Shown here in pieces: positions 19,300 to 30,138 of a stretch of 64,000 nt of DNA; the stretch's first letter is position 1; each line of letters opens with the position of its first letter. Under the pieces are notes generated by a model. The model was not told the DNA's origin and searched no databases. It saw nothing but the letters and a program-made list of their open reading frames with translations. The translations under genes and the position numbers were made by a program. Source of the stretch: Candidatus Velthaea sp. (GTDB taxonomy: Bacteria > Vulcanimicrobiota > Vulcanimicrobiia > Vulcanimicrobiales > Vulcanimicrobiaceae); contig CBDCCS010000011.1 in NCBI GenBank assembly GCA_965214935.1, positions 221,006 through 285,005 on the forward strand, given 5' to 3'.

Positions 19300-22200
19300 A
19301 TGAAGCGCCGCGTACTCGTAACGCTCTGTTTGCTTACGTTCTTTGCGACTGCGGGCTTTGCTGCGGAGAGCCGTACGACGCCGCTGCTGTTGCAGAGTCC
19401 GACGATTAGCCGCGATGCGATCGCGTTTGCCTACGGCGGGAGTATTTGGATCGTCGGCCGCAACGGCGGTCGCGCGCACGCACTCGTCTCGAACGTCGAT
19501 GTCGATGCGCTGCGCTTTTCGCCCGACGGTACGAAACTTGCTTATTCCGCAGCCCAAGACGGCTTGGTACGCGTGTACGTCGTCGATGCGAGCGGCGGCG
19601 AACCGCATCGTCTGGTGTCGCATCCGGCCGGTGCGACGGTCGCCGGCTGGACGCCCGATGGCCGCTCGGTATTGTTCGCATCATCGATGGCGAGCCCCAC
19701 CGATCCGCGCCAGCTCTTTACCGTGCCGCTCGACGGCGGATATCCGACGCGCTTACCGCTGCCGATGGCGGAAAGCGGAAGCTATTCAGCCGACGGCACC
19801 CACTTGGCATACGTCCCGAATTTTCGCTGGGAGCCGTTTTGGCGCGGTTATCGCGGCGGACAAACGACGCCGATCTACCTCGCCGACTTGGCCGACTCCA
19901 GCATCGTGCCGATTCCACGCGATAACTCGAACGACGACTCGCCGATGTGGCTCGACGATACCGTCTACTTTCTATCCGACCGCAGCGGGCCCGTCACGCT
20001 CTTTGCCTACGACGTCCGGTCAGGCCGAGTCTCGCGCACGATTGCGAACAGCGGCATCGATGTAACGTCCGCATCGCAAGGCCCCGGTGCCATCGTGTAC
20101 GCGCAATTCGGCGCGTTGCACGTCTACGACGTGCGGACGCGCGCCGACCGCGCAATTCCTATTTCGCTCGACGCCGACTTGCCGCAGACACGCCCGCATT
20201 GGGAAAAAGTCGGAACTCACATTGAGAACGCCGACATATCGCCGTCCGGCATTCGCGCGGTCTTCGAGGCGCGCGGCACGATCTTTAGCGTCCCCGCCGA
20301 ACACGGCGACGTCCGTACGATCAGTGGACCGTCGAACGTCGCTAATCGCGATCCGGCTTGGTCGCCCGACGGCAAGTCGATTGCCTATTTTAGCGACAAG
20401 TCGGGTGAATATCAGCTCGTCATTCGCGATCAGCGCGCGCTCGCGGCGCCGCGGTATATTTCACTCGGCGCAGCGCCGTCGTTCTATTACGCGCCGCGCT
20501 GGTCGCCCGACAGCAAGCGAATTGCCTATACCGATAAACATCTCAACCTCTGGACGGTCGAGCGCGCGAATCCGATTCCGCGAAAAATCGCTCGAGCGCG
20601 GTTCGAGGCTTTCGGCGCGCAAACGTTCGCTGCCGCGTGGTCGCCCGATAGTCGCTGGCTTGTCTACGCAATGCAACTTCCGACATACTTGCACGCCGTA
20701 TTCGTTTACGATTTTTTAACCCGAACGACGCATCAAATCACCGACGGCATGAGCGATGTCAACGCGCCGCGCTTCGATGCGAGCGGAAAGTATCTGTATT
20801 TCACGTCGAGCACGAATACGGGTCTGACATCGGCGGGACTCGACATGGTCAGCGACGGCCAATCGGTGACGAGCCGGATTTTCGCCGCCGTGCTGCAAGC
20901 CGACGTGCCTTCACCGGTGAAACCGCAATCGAGCGACGAGAACGCGGCGGCGGCGGGCAGTGGGCCGCTCAGCGACGAGCCCGAAACGCTTGCCGATCAA
21001 CCGTCCCCGCCTCCGTCGCCCGCCCCCGTTCCGACGCCGGGCCAAACTCTCGGCGGCGCGATCGGCTCGGCAAAACGGCCTTCGCCGGCAGTTGCGGTTC
21101 GGATCGACTTCACCGGCTTGTCGCAGCGCATCGTTGCGCTGCCGATTCCCGCCGCGAACTATATCGACATCGCCGCGGGGAAGACGGGCGAACTCTACCT
21201 GACGTCGATGCCCGCCGCTCCGCCCGATGAAGAGCCGGCGACCGTAAACGTCGAGCGCTTCGACCTCGCCAGCCGTAAGATCACGCCATTCGTTGCCGGT
21301 GTCTCCGCGTTCACGCTGGCGGCGCGCGGAACGACGGCGCTGTATGCACGCGGCGATCGCTGGTTCATCGCGCCGACTGCAAAAGCGCCCGAAGGCGGCG
21401 CACCGATCGCAACGGCGGCGATGGAGAAGTACGTCGAGCCCCGGGCGCAGTGGCAGCAAGAGTATCACGAGGTCTGGCGCATCGAACGCGATTTCTTCTA
21501 CGATCCGCACTATCACGGCCTCGATCTGCAAGCCGCCGAGCAACGCTTTGCGCCGTATCTCGCGGGCGTTGCATCGCGACGCGATTTTACGTTTCTCCTG
21601 CGCGAGATGCTCAGTTATCTCTCGGTCGGACACATGTTCGTCCGGGGCGGCGACTCGGCGCCGATCAATCGGGTCAATGTCGGTTTGCTCGGCGCCGATT
21701 ACACGGTCGACCAGGGCCGCTACCGTTTTGCGAAGATTTATGGCGGCCTCAATTGGGATCCCGAGCTGAGTGCGCCCTTGACGCAGCCGGGGCTCGACGT
21801 CCAAGCCGGACAGTATCTCCTGGGCGTCAACGGACGCGAACTCCACGCGAGCGACGACGTGTATGCGGCATTCGAGGAAACCGCCGGAAAAGAAACGACG
21901 ATCCGCGTCGGCGCGCATGCTGACGGAACGGACGCGCGTGAAATCGTCGTCACTCCGGTTGCCAGCGAATTTCCGCTGCGCAATTACGATTGGGTCGAAC
22001 ACAATCGGCGAGAAGTCGACCGGCTCAGCGGCGGAAAGATCGGCTACGTCTACATGCCCGATACGCAACAAGCCGGATTCTCGAATTTCAACCGCTATTT
22101 TTTCGCGCAGATCGACAAACCGGGGGTCATCATCGACGAGCGCTTCAATCACGGCGGGCAAATCGCCGATTACGTCGTCGATTATTTGAGCCGCAAGCCG

Positions 22201-22659
22201 CAAAGTGTCGTGCAATCGCGCGACGGACAGACGGAGATCGATCCGCCGCTGGCGATTTACGGCCCCAAAGTCATGCTGATCAATCAGTTCGCCGGGTCGG
22301 GCGGCGACGCGCTGCCGTGGTATTTTCGGCGCGCCCATTTGGGTCCGCTCGTCGGCGTTCGCACGTGGGGCGGCTTAGTCGGTATCGGCGGTTATCCGCG
22401 CCTGATCGACGGCGGAACGGTGACGGCGCCGCGGGTCGGAATCGGCGGTCTGCACGGCGAGTGGGAAGTGGAGAACCACGGCATCGCACCGGATATCGAC
22501 GTCATGCAAGATCCCAAACTCGTGCGCGCCGGACACGATCCGCAGCTCGAAGCGGGCGTTCGAGAAGCGCTGCGCTTGCTGCGCGAACATCCGCTGCCGA
22601 CGTACCGTCACCCGCCGTATCCCGACCACAAACCGGTGTTGCCGCCGCCCGTGCCGTAG
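19300..22659 (+). CDS. Secreted tricorn-type S41 protease (PD40 propellers, PDZ, catalytic core)
   Basis: Signal peptide, repeated WSPDG/FSPDG, VGHMF, DERFNHGG, catalytic AGSGGD, RTWGGLVG and ENHGIAPDI. Confidence 0.92.
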   Translation: MKRRVLVTLCLLTFFATAGFAAESRTTPLLLQSPTISRDAIAFAYGGSIWIVGRNGGRAHALVSNVDVDALRFSPDGTKLAYSAAQDGLVRVYVVDASGGEPHRLVSHPAGATVAGWTPDGRSVLFASSMASPTDPRQLFTVPLDGGYPTRLPLPMAESGSYSADGTHLAYVPNFRWEPFWRGYRGGQTTPIYLADLADSSIVPIPRDNSNDDSPMWLDDTVYFLSDRSGPVTLFAYDVRSGRVSRTIANSGIDVTSASQGPGAIVYAQFGALHVYDVRTRADRAIPISLDADLPQTRPHWEKVGTHIENADISPSGIRAVFEARGTIFSVPAEHGDVRTISGPSNVANRDPAWSPDGKSIAYFSDKSGEYQLVIRDQRALAAPRYISLGAAPSFYYAPRWSPDSKRIAYTDKHLNLWTVERANPIPRKIARARFEAFGAQTFAAAWSPDSRWLVYAMQLPTYLHAVFVYDFLTRTTHQITDGMSDVNAPRFDASGKYLYFTSSTNTGLTSAGLDMVSDGQSVTSRIFAAVLQADVPSPVKPQSSDENAAAAGSGPLSDEPETLADQPSPPPSPAPVPTPGQTLGGAIGSAKRPSPAVAVRIDFTGLSQRIVALPIPAANYIDIAAGKTGELYLTSMPAAPPDEEPATVNVERFDLASRKITPFVAGVSAFTLAARGTTALYARGDRWFIAPTAKAPEGGAPIATAAMEKYVEPRAQWQQEYHEVWRIERDFFYDPHYHGLDLQAAEQRFAPYLAGVASRRDFTFLLREMLSYLSVGHMFVRGGDSAPINRVNVGLLGADYTVDQGRYRFAKIYGGLNWDPELSAPLTQPGLDVQAGQYLLGVNGRELHASDDVYAAFEETAGKETTIRVGAHADGTDAREIVVTPVASEFPLRNYDWVEHNRREVDRLSGGKIGYVYMPDTQQAGFSNFNRYFFAQIDKPGVIIDERFNHGGQIADYVVDYLSRKPQSVVQSRDGQTEIDPPLAIYGPKVMLINQFAGSGGDALPWYFRRAHLGPLVGVRTWGGLVGIGGYPRLIDGGTVTAPRVGIGGLHGEWEVENHGIAPDIDVMQDPKLVRAGHDPQLEAGVREALRLLREHPLPTYRHPPYPDHKPVLPPPVP

Positions 22660-22712
22660 CGGCGCGGCGCTGCGTCAAACGGGCAAAAGCGCCAAGCGCG
22701 GAATGGACTGGC

Positions 22713-23987
22713 ATGGCCTCCGTTGAGATCGTCACGATCGGGACTGAAATATTGCTCGGACATCTGGTCGACACGAACGCTGCGTTTATCGCACGCGAAC
22801 TTGCCGATGGCGGAATCGACGTCTATGCCAAGCATTCCGTGGGCGATAATGCCGAGCGCCTAGCGCTCATGCTCGCGGGCGCACTCGAGCGAGCCGACGG
22901 CGTCGTCACGACCGGCGGTCTCGGTCCGACCGTCGACGACTTGACCAAGGATGCCGTCGGGCGCGCGGTCGGGTGCGAACTCGAACTGCACGCGCCCTCG
23001 CTACGCGCCATCGAAGCGCGCTTTGCCGCGATGGGCCGGATCATGAGCGACAATAACCGGCGTCAAGCGATTCTTCCCGCCGGAAGTGTCGTTTTGGAAA
23101 ATCCGCACGGAACGGCACCGGGTTTCGTCGCTGTGCGCGCGGACGGCAAATTCGTCGCATCGATGCCCGGCGTTCCGCGCGAAATGAAACCGATGCTGAC
23201 CGAACGGTTGCTGCCGTGGCTTCGCGAGCGCTTCAACGTGCGTGGGGCAATCTACACGCGGACGCTGCATACCGTCGGCATTCCCGAATCGGAAGTCGAC
23301 CGGCGTATCGAAGATTTGTTTCGCAACTTAGAAAACCCGAAAATCGCGGTCTTGGCCCACAGTGGCCGCGTCGATGTAAAGATCATGGCGAAAGCGCCCG
23401 ACCCGGCGGCGGCCCGCGCCATGATCGACCCGCTTGCCGTCGAATTGCGCGACCGCATCGGCAGCGGCTATTTCGGCGCGGACGATACGACGCTGGAAAG
23501 CGCGATCGTCGGTGAACTGATCAAACACGGCTTGACGCTGGGCACCGCTGAATCGTGCACCGGCGGCGCGATCGCCGACGCGCTCGTCGGCGTCGCCGGC
23601 GCATCGCGCACGTTTCGCGGATCGATCGTGGCCTACGCAAACGATGTGAAAACAAGCTTGCTGCACGTTGCGGAGCGCACGTTGGCAACGTCGGGTGCCG
23701 TCAGCGAAGAAACGGCGCTTGCGATGGCCGCCGGTGCGCGCCGCTCGCTGGGGGTGGACGTCGCAATTGCGACGACCGGTATTGCCGGACCCGACGGAGG
23801 GACGCCCGAAAAGCCGGTCGGCCTCGTTTGGTTTGGTCTTGCCGATGCCGACGGGAGTGCCGATGCTATCAAGATGACGTTTCCCGGAACGCGCGACGAC
23901 ATTCGCTCGCGGGCGACAACTGCGGCGCTGAATCTACTTTGGCGACGCTTGGAAAGCAACACCCACGCTCAGGGAGTCGTTAATTAA
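22713..23987 (+). CDS. cinA: Competence/damage-inducible protein A (MoCF-like domain plus NMN deamidase)
   Basis: IGTEILLG..DTN, GGLGPTVDDLT, PGVPREM, AESCTGG and TTGIAGPDGG. Confidence 0.93.
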   Translation: MASVEIVTIGTEILLGHLVDTNAAFIARELADGGIDVYAKHSVGDNAERLALMLAGALERADGVVTTGGLGPTVDDLTKDAVGRAVGCELELHAPSLRAIEARFAAMGRIMSDNNRRQAILPAGSVVLENPHGTAPGFVAVRADGKFVASMPGVPREMKPMLTERLLPWLRERFNVRGAIYTRTLHTVGIPESEVDRRIEDLFRNLENPKIAVLAHSGRVDVKIMAKAPDPAAARAMIDPLAVELRDRIGSGYFGADDTTLESAIVGELIKHGLTLGTAESCTGGAIADALVGVAGASRTFRGSIVAYANDVKTSLLHVAERTLATSGAVSEETALAMAAGARRSLGVDVAIATTGIAGPDGGTPEKPVGLVWFGLADADGSADAIKMTFPGTRDDIRSRATTAALNLLWRRLESNTHAQGVVN

Positions 23988-23991
23988 CACG

Positions 23992-26301
23992 ATGCACGAC
24001 CGCTTTTCGTTTGCCGCGCGCATTTCGGCTGCGCTCACGTTGACTGCGTTTCTTTCAGCCTGCGGCGGCGGGGGAGGCGGCGGCGGCACGACCCCGCCCG
24101 TGTCGCCGACATCGGTACCGATTACCACCGTACCGCCCGCCGGGACCATCCTGGTTCCCGGCGTGCAGAGCAGCGGCGGCGGCGCCGGCGGTTTTCAGAA
24201 CGTCGGTTCAACGCCGAGCGTTTATACGGTCACGTCGAATCCGAGCGGTCAGACGTTCACGTTGCAGGGTCAGTCGTATACGACTCCGGCGAGCGTGACG
24301 CCGGCCGCGACGTCGACCACGTCGACAAGCGCGTCGGCAATCGTCTTTGCCTCCGGCTTCACGGTACCGGTTGCGCAGGTCGCCGATGGACCGCATAGGG
24401 TATTTTACAACGCGGCGTCGGATGCCACCGGAGCGATCGGCATTGCAAGCTTGCAATCGTTGCGCCGCCGTCCGGCTGCGCTTCGTTTGCCGACGCAATT
24501 GGCCGCCGTCCGGCGTCCGTTACGCGTCGCGCGCGGCCATGTGAATGAACTTGATCCGTCGCGCGTCGCCGTTCGATTGAGTGCCGCGGCATTGCGCACG
24601 TCGGGCCGATCGGTAACGGATGTCGCGCGCGCCGCCGGCAGCGTCGGACGTCCGACGCAATCGGCGACGAGCGACCCGCTCGAAGTTGTAACGATACCGG
24701 CCGGTGTCGATCGCGCGACGTTCATTCGCACGCTGCAAGCGCAGCCCGAAGTGGCCGAAGTAACGGCCGTTCATCTGCGGCACCTGCAATCGCGTGCGCC
24801 GACGACGGTGACCGATCCCGGCTTCAGCCTGCCGTATCAATGGTACACGTATGCGACCGGCACGAATTTCGCCTGGTCGTACAATCCGGGCACCGGTGCG
24901 AAAATTGCCGTCGTCGATACCGGAATCGACGAATCGAATACGGACTTGACGTCGCAGCTTGCCTATCAAGAAACGGTCGTCACGCCGATCGACAACACGC
25001 CGACGGCGGCAAACGGCAATGCGCCGACTTGCAATCCGGTCAGCGGCGCGACCGCGACGGTAACACCGAACACGGCGCCGGACGACAACGGGCACGGAAC
25101 CAACACGGCCGGACTTGCCATTGCCAAGCAAGACACCGCGGGGTTTGCCGGAGCGGCCTGGGGCGCGCAACTCATGGCGTTCAAGATTTTCCCGAATCAG
25201 AATTCGTATTGTAATGACGGCGGCGGCCCGAACGAAGATTCGACCTCGAACATCGGTGCCGACACCTCCGACGAAGCGCAAGCGATCGGCGATGCCGTCG
25301 CGCACGGTGCCGACGTCATCAGCTTGAGTTTAGGCGGCGGGGAATTCGATACCGTCGATTTCAACGCGATCGAAAGCGCGATCGCGGCCGGCGTCACCGT
25401 CGTTGCGGCCGCAGGTAATTCCGACGCGCAATTGCCGGCTGGTACGCTCGACTATCCGGCCGCGTACCCGGGCGTTATTTCCGTCGGTGCAACCGGATTG
25501 AAAGACGAATACTACACCAACGCTGCGCCGCCGGCGGACGGCACGTACGCGACGTCGACGGAGTTCGTCACGTCGTATTCGCAGTACGCGCCGAGCTTGA
25601 GTGTCGTGGCGCCCGGCGGCGACGCACCAGCTTGCTTTGCGGCAAATGCGGCGGCCAATTGCGATCTAGATCTATTGCACTGGATCGCCGGCTACACCAC
25701 GTCACATGCATTCGTCCCCGCCGAGCAATGCAGCAGGCCGACGCCCGCCACGAGTTGCGTCGCGCTCTTCAACGGAACATCGATGAGCACGCCGCAAGTG
25801 GCGGCCACCGCGGCAATGCTCGTTGCCGAAGCCGGTGGACACGGAGCGCTGAGCCCGGCTGCAATCAAATATACGATCGAAAGCACGGCCGACAATATCA
25901 ACGATAGCCATCAAGGCCATGGGCGGCTCAACGCCTATCGCGCGTTGGCTTCGTTGATCCGGGATACCGGCACGTTTAGCGGACCGGTGCCGGTCAGCAC
26001 CGGCGTCATGCAACTCGTTGCGTTTGCCTACAATGCGGTGAATACCAATCGGCCGTCGATCGTCGATGCGAGTTTTCCCGCCGGCGTGCCGCTTGATGTA
26101 AACGGCTCGTTCCGGATCGCCGACGTTCCGGTCAGCGTCGGAACTTACGGGGTCGCGGTCTGGTACGATGCCAACGGCGACGGCGTGGTCGATGCGGGCG
26201 ATCAGATCGGCACGGCGGCTACCAAGTGCTCGACAACGTCAATCTGCCAAATCGGCACGATCGTTCTGCACCCGGTCAACGCCGGTTACTATCTGCCGTA
26301 G
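23992..26301 (+). CDS. S8 subtilisin-family serine protease, lipoprotein
   Basis: Lipobox LSAC followed by poly-Gly. Triad VVDTG, NGHGT and GTSMS. Oxyanion AAAGNS. C-terminal DANGDGVVD loop. Confidence 0.9.
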   Translation: MHDRFSFAARISAALTLTAFLSACGGGGGGGGTTPPVSPTSVPITTVPPAGTILVPGVQSSGGGAGGFQNVGSTPSVYTVTSNPSGQTFTLQGQSYTTPASVTPAATSTTSTSASAIVFASGFTVPVAQVADGPHRVFYNAASDATGAIGIASLQSLRRRPAALRLPTQLAAVRRPLRVARGHVNELDPSRVAVRLSAAALRTSGRSVTDVARAAGSVGRPTQSATSDPLEVVTIPAGVDRATFIRTLQAQPEVAEVTAVHLRHLQSRAPTTVTDPGFSLPYQWYTYATGTNFAWSYNPGTGAKIAVVDTGIDESNTDLTSQLAYQETVVTPIDNTPTAANGNAPTCNPVSGATATVTPNTAPDDNGHGTNTAGLAIAKQDTAGFAGAAWGAQLMAFKIFPNQNSYCNDGGGPNEDSTSNIGADTSDEAQAIGDAVAHGADVISLSLGGGEFDTVDFNAIESAIAAGVTVVAAAGNSDAQLPAGTLDYPAAYPGVISVGATGLKDEYYTNAAPPADGTYATSTEFVTSYSQYAPSLSVVAPGGDAPACFAANAAANCDLDLLHWIAGYTTSHAFVPAEQCSRPTPATSCVALFNGTSMSTPQVAATAAMLVAEAGGHGALSPAAIKYTIESTADNINDSHQGHGRLNAYRALASLIRDTGTFSGPVPVSTGVMQLVAFAYNAVNTNRPSIVDASFPAGVPLDVNGSFRIADVPVSVGTYGVAVWYDANGDGVVDAGDQIGTAATKCSTTSICQIGTIVLHPVNAGYYLP

Positions 26302-26309
26302 CGCCCGAT

Positions 26310-26340
26310 TGTGAGAGCCGGTGCCCGACCGGCTCTCACA
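26310..26340. terminator. Perfect 13-bp hairpin between convergent genes (likely bidirectional terminator)
   Basis: TGTGAGAGCCGGT-gcccg-ACCGGCTCTCACA. Confidence 0.65.
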
Positions 26341-26378
26341 TCTCGAAAATTGCTTTGGTCGTTAAGGCGTTCGGACGA

Positions 26379-26747
26379 TTATCGAATCTCACCAAAGTAC
26401 AGCGTATGCCCTTGGTCGTCATTGATTGCGAACTCGCGCGTTCCCCAGGCGGTGTCGTGCACGTCCCCGATGATGCGTACTCCTTTCTTCTTAAATGTTT
26501 TTGCGGCGGCCGCCGCATCGTTCGTCTCGAAGTACAGATGGAAGTGCTCGTTCTTTTCCACGTATTCGATCGTCGGGTCTTTTCGATCGACGAGTTTCAA
26601 ATGAATGAGCGCGTCACCGGCTCGAATACCGGCGTAAAAATCTGCGTATTCAAACTCGAGCGTCAAGCCTAAGGTCTTCGTATAAAATCGTATGGACGCA
26701 GCGATGTCCGTCGTACGGAGTTGCGCGATGACACGTAATAGCTTCAT
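26379..26747 (-). CDS. VOC/glyoxalase-bleomycin resistance family protein
   Basis: DIAASIRFYTKTLGL and TAWGTREFAINDDQGHTLYFGE. GGAGGG RBS before ATG 26747. Confidence 0.88.
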   Translation of the reverse strand: MKLLRVIAQLRTTDIAASIRFYTKTLGLTLEFEYADFYAGIRAGDALIHLKLVDRKDPTIEYVEKNEHFHLYFETNDAAAAAKTFKKKGVRIIGDVHDTAWGTREFAINDDQGHTLYFGEIR

Positions 26748-26959
26748 TTCCCTCCGGCGTGATCGTCTCTGCACATCGTTCGGCTGCATTGAAACGGAGG
26801 TTCGCTCGGCGAGCGGTCGACGCCGGCGGTCGGGCAACCAAACGTTCCCGGCTGGTTCCGCACGGCGGGCCGGCGAGTCTCACCTCGCGTTCGAAAAGTC
26901 ACGATCACGACGAAGAGCGGTACCCAAGCCGGCAAGCTTTCGGTGACGAAACGGACCGC

Positions 26960-28396
26960 ATGAGACAGACGGCTTTCGGTCGCCGTATCGCGCGCGCTGC
27001 ACTCGCCACGGCTGCCGTATTCGGTAGCTTTTGCAGTACCTACGCACTCTGCCTTTGGGCTCACGCGCAGGCGGGTCCCGCAATTTTAGCGGCAATACTA
27101 GCGCTCGGCTTCGCGCGGCGCGAGCGCCGGAACGCACCCCTCGCAGCCGTTCCGGCGATCATCACGGCCACGACGGTCACCGCTGCCGGCGTTGCCTGGC
27201 TGCTGCACGCGGTGCCGCTGGTCGGAGCGGTAGCATTTACCGGCGCCTTGTTCGTTTCGATTTGGTTGCGCAATTTCGGCGAGCGCGCGCGCGCGGCCGG
27301 TGCAATGATCGCCATGCCGCTCGCCGCGATTCTCGTTGCGCCCGCCGGCGCGTACGCACCGGGCGGGATCGGCATGGATCTCGGCCTCCTTGTCGCCGCC
27401 GGGGGCATCGCGTATGCGGCAGTGACCGCGTCACATCGGCTCGCCGATCGAGCCGGTATTCTAATACGTCGCGCACCGATCGTTGAACCACGTCGCGAGC
27501 CGTCGCGCGCCGGCGGCCTTTCGCCCAGTACGCGCTTCGCATTACAGGCCGCGACCGGCGTGGCTTGCGCTTTCGCCGTGGGCTTCGCCGTTTTTCCCGC
27601 GCACTACGGCTGGTCCGTGTTCACCGCATTCATCGTCAACAGCGGTGTGCGCAGCCGCGGCGATGCCGTGTACCGTGGTGTGTTGCGTTTCGGCGGCGCG
27701 GCGGCCGGGACGCTGGCAGCTGGTCTGCTCATGCAACTTCCACAACCGAGCGGCGCGGTCGAAACGGCGACGATCTTTGCCGTACTCTTTGCCGGTATCG
27801 CTCTGCGCGAAGTAAATTATGCATACTGGGCGGCGTGTATGACGCTCGTTCTCGGGATGTTGACGACAACGCACGGCGCCGGCTTTGGCTTCTTGGGCGT
27901 CCGGCTCGAAGCAATCGTCGCCGGCGCGGTCTGCGCTGTCGTAGCCGCCTGGTATGTGATGCCGATTCGGCTCGAAGCGGTCATTCGCCGCCGGCTCGCC
28001 GACGCGCTCGCGGCGCTCGGCGACGTGTTTGCTGCCACGGATGTCGCCGAGCAGGAACGCATGGACCGGCAAGCACTTTTCGAGCATCGAATGACGGAAC
28101 TTCATGCCGTCGCCGCTCCGGCGCGCTGGCATCGCCGGATTTTTGTTCGCGGCGACGCCGCTGCGCATCCGGCCAGTTGGCTCGATCTCGCCGGCGACAT
28201 CTGCGTTCGTGCGTGCGTACTTAGCAGCGGCGGCGTGGTGAGCGAGCGGCGGCGCGCCGCTGTTCGCGGCGCAATCGGCTTATCGCGCCGCGCGCTTGCC
28301 ACCCCCGCAAAGCCTGCGGCCGCCGAGCACGCGATGTCGGTGAGCGGGGCGCTCAAGAAGCTGCACGATGCGCTGCCCGCACAGCCGCCGGACTGA
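26960..28396 (+). CDS. FUSC-family (aromatic acid exporter-like) membrane protein
   Basis: About 10 TM segments. HYGWSVFTAFIV..RGDAVYRGVLRFGGAAAGT and RLEAIVAGA. Confidence 0.75.
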   Translation: MRQTAFGRRIARAALATAAVFGSFCSTYALCLWAHAQAGPAILAAILALGFARRERRNAPLAAVPAIITATTVTAAGVAWLLHAVPLVGAVAFTGALFVSIWLRNFGERARAAGAMIAMPLAAILVAPAGAYAPGGIGMDLGLLVAAGGIAYAAVTASHRLADRAGILIRRAPIVEPRREPSRAGGLSPSTRFALQAATGVACAFAVGFAVFPAHYGWSVFTAFIVNSGVRSRGDAVYRGVLRFGGAAAGTLAAGLLMQLPQPSGAVETATIFAVLFAGIALREVNYAYWAACMTLVLGMLTTTHGAGFGFLGVRLEAIVAGAVCAVVAAWYVMPIRLEAVIRRRLADALAALGDVFAATDVAEQERMDRQALFEHRMTELHAVAAPARWHRRIFVRGDAAAHPASWLDLAGDICVRACVLSSGGVVSERRRAAVRGAIGLSRRALATPAKPAAAEHAMSVSGALKKLHDALPAQPPD

Positions 28397-28439
28397 CCGC
28401 CGCAACGTTTGCGCACGCACCGATCCGCTTACATGACGA

Positions 28440-29108
28440 CTACGGCACGAGGGCAAAGTCGCTACTCGTATTGTCCTCATCGACGGTGTTGTCGGGATGA
28501 AGCCGAAACGCGCCGGACGGCTCGCGGACGACCGTAACGCGAACGCGCCGCCGTACCGGCGTTTTTATTGGAACCGCCGCGATCTCCGCATGAATGAGGT
28601 CGTACATTCCGCGCGTTACGACGAGCACGTCGACGATGGTTTGCGTCTCGCCGGGTTCGAGTATGATGTGGTTGCCGCGATGACCGCCGATCGACGCATC
28701 GCGCAGTTCGCTATACGCTTCAATGACGCGCCGCCCAGCAACCGGAAGATTCCGCATGAATGTTTGCTCGCTCGCAGTTTTGCGAAATGTCGTCGTTGCA
28801 TGTGCACCGTAGCGATAACCCCACACCGTGAATGCATCCGCTGCAATATCGATCTCGGTCTTTCCGGTATTCTGCAAGCTGATCGTAAAGCCGAGAAAGT
28901 CGCGTCGCGCATCTCGGCCCAAGCGCGAGATCGCAATGGATTGGCCCAACGCCGCCGGTTCTTGCGCCGGCTTGATGCGTTCCTGATAAATGAACGTATA
29001 GAACGCCCAAGCACCCGCGGCAACGATTGCAAGCGATTCGACGACATGCCGGATCGTCGTCCAGCGATCGTCGATGAGCCGGAATTGACGCGGTTCGCGT
29101 GCGCTCAC
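28440..29108 (-). CDS. Hypothetical protein with N-terminal TM anchor and beta-rich domain
   Basis: SLAIVAAGAWAFYTF TM segment. GTG 1 nt after the stop of the upstream oxidoreductase. Confidence 0.65.
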   Translation of the reverse strand: MSAREPRQFRLIDDRWTTIRHVVESLAIVAAGAWAFYTFIYQERIKPAQEPAALGQSIAISRLGRDARRDFLGFTISLQNTGKTEIDIAADAFTVWGYRYGAHATTTFRKTASEQTFMRNLPVAGRRVIEAYSELRDASIGGHRGNHIILEPGETQTIVDVLVVTRGMYDLIHAEIAAVPIKTPVRRRVRVTVVREPSGAFRLHPDNTVDEDNTSSDFALVP

Positions 29109-29109
29109 A

Positions 29110-30138
29110 TCACGCGCTGAAACCCAGCGCAGCTAGTACGCGCTGCGTTTCGAGCGACTCGGCGAAGCTCGGTGCATGACCGCCTCCGGTCTCGATTCGC
29201 TGCGCAAAGTCATCGAGCAACGACAGAAACGGCGGCAGATTCGGCGCGACCGAGCTGTACTTTGCATACGGTGACGCCGATAGCTCAAGTTCGCTCTGCT
29301 CGTCGGGTTCGACGGAAAACATCCGCATATCGATCAAGAACTCACCGTTAGCCACGACCGAGATATCTTCGGCGTGCAAGCCGATCGTCGCTTGATTCAT
29401 GCTCGTCGTTCCGTCGACGGTGACCCGCGCAATAAGTCCGTCGCCGTAGTCGAGTAATGCGAAGACACCGTCGAAAACGTCGCTGCTAAACTCACCGTCG
29501 GCGTCGCTGCGCGTCGGATTCGCCGTGCGGCCGAAACCGCTTACGACGATCGGCGCACGTCCGGCAAGCCAATTCGCCAGATCGACCGTATGCGGCATGA
29601 CCGAGTTGGCAACGCCGCCGCCGCGTGCACGGGAATACCACCAGCTCGAACGCGGCCGTAATGCCGCCACGCGCAGTTCGTTGCCGAAACGCGTAACCTC
29701 GATCTGCCGCACGTTGCTGATGCGTCCGCCGGCCATGAGTTGTTTGAGCGATGCTTCGGCCGGCGCGTACCGGAATTCATGAGCGACCGCGCATGCGGTA
29801 CCGGCACGTGCGGCGGCGGCGGTCATCTCTTGGGCCTCTTGGACATTGAGAGCAAACGGTTTTTCGCACAGAACATGCTTGCCGGCGGCAAGCGCCGCGA
29901 GCACTGCAGCGTGGTGATCGAACGGCGGCGATGCAACGGAAATAACGTCGACTTGCGTATCGGCGAGCAGCGCTTCGAGACTTGAAAAAGCGTGCGGAAT
30001 GCGACGCTCGCGCGCAACCCGTTCGGCGTTGAGCGGCGAGGCAATAGCGACGACCTCAAAGGCCGGATGCAACGTAAACGCCGGCGCATGAACGCTGCCG
30101 CCGAAGCCGCTGCCGACGATCCCGACTTTATAGGTCAT
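29110..30138 (-). CDS. Gfo/Idh/MocA-family NAD(P)-dependent oxidoreductase
   Basis: KVGIVGSGFGG, AGKHVLCEKP, HEFRY and HTVDL. ATGA overlap with the aminotransferase. Confidence 0.9.
   Translation of the reverse strand: MTYKVGIVGSGFGGSVHAPAFTLHPAFEVVAIASPLNAERVARERRIPHAFSSLEALLADTQVDVISVASPPFDHHAAVLAALAAGKHVLCEKPFALNVQEAQEMTAAAARAGTACAVAHEFRYAPAEASLKQLMAGGRISNVRQIEVTRFGNELRVAALRPRSSWWYSRARGGGVANSVMPHTVDLANWLAGRAPIVVSGFGRTANPTRSDADGEFSSDVFDGVFALLDYGDGLIARVTVDGTTSMNQATIGLHAEDISVVANGEFLIDMRMFSVEPDEQSELELSASPYAKYSSVAPNLPPFLSLLDDFAQRIETGGGHAPSFAESLETQRVLAALGFSA

Noticed and set aside
20911..22338. Long antisense or alternate-frame ORFs (e.g. 20911-22338-, 4243-5301-, 30198-31331+, 35667-36941-, 56297-57262-)
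   Set aside because: They shadow well-supported genes, lack recognisable motifs and are expected in high-GC DNA.
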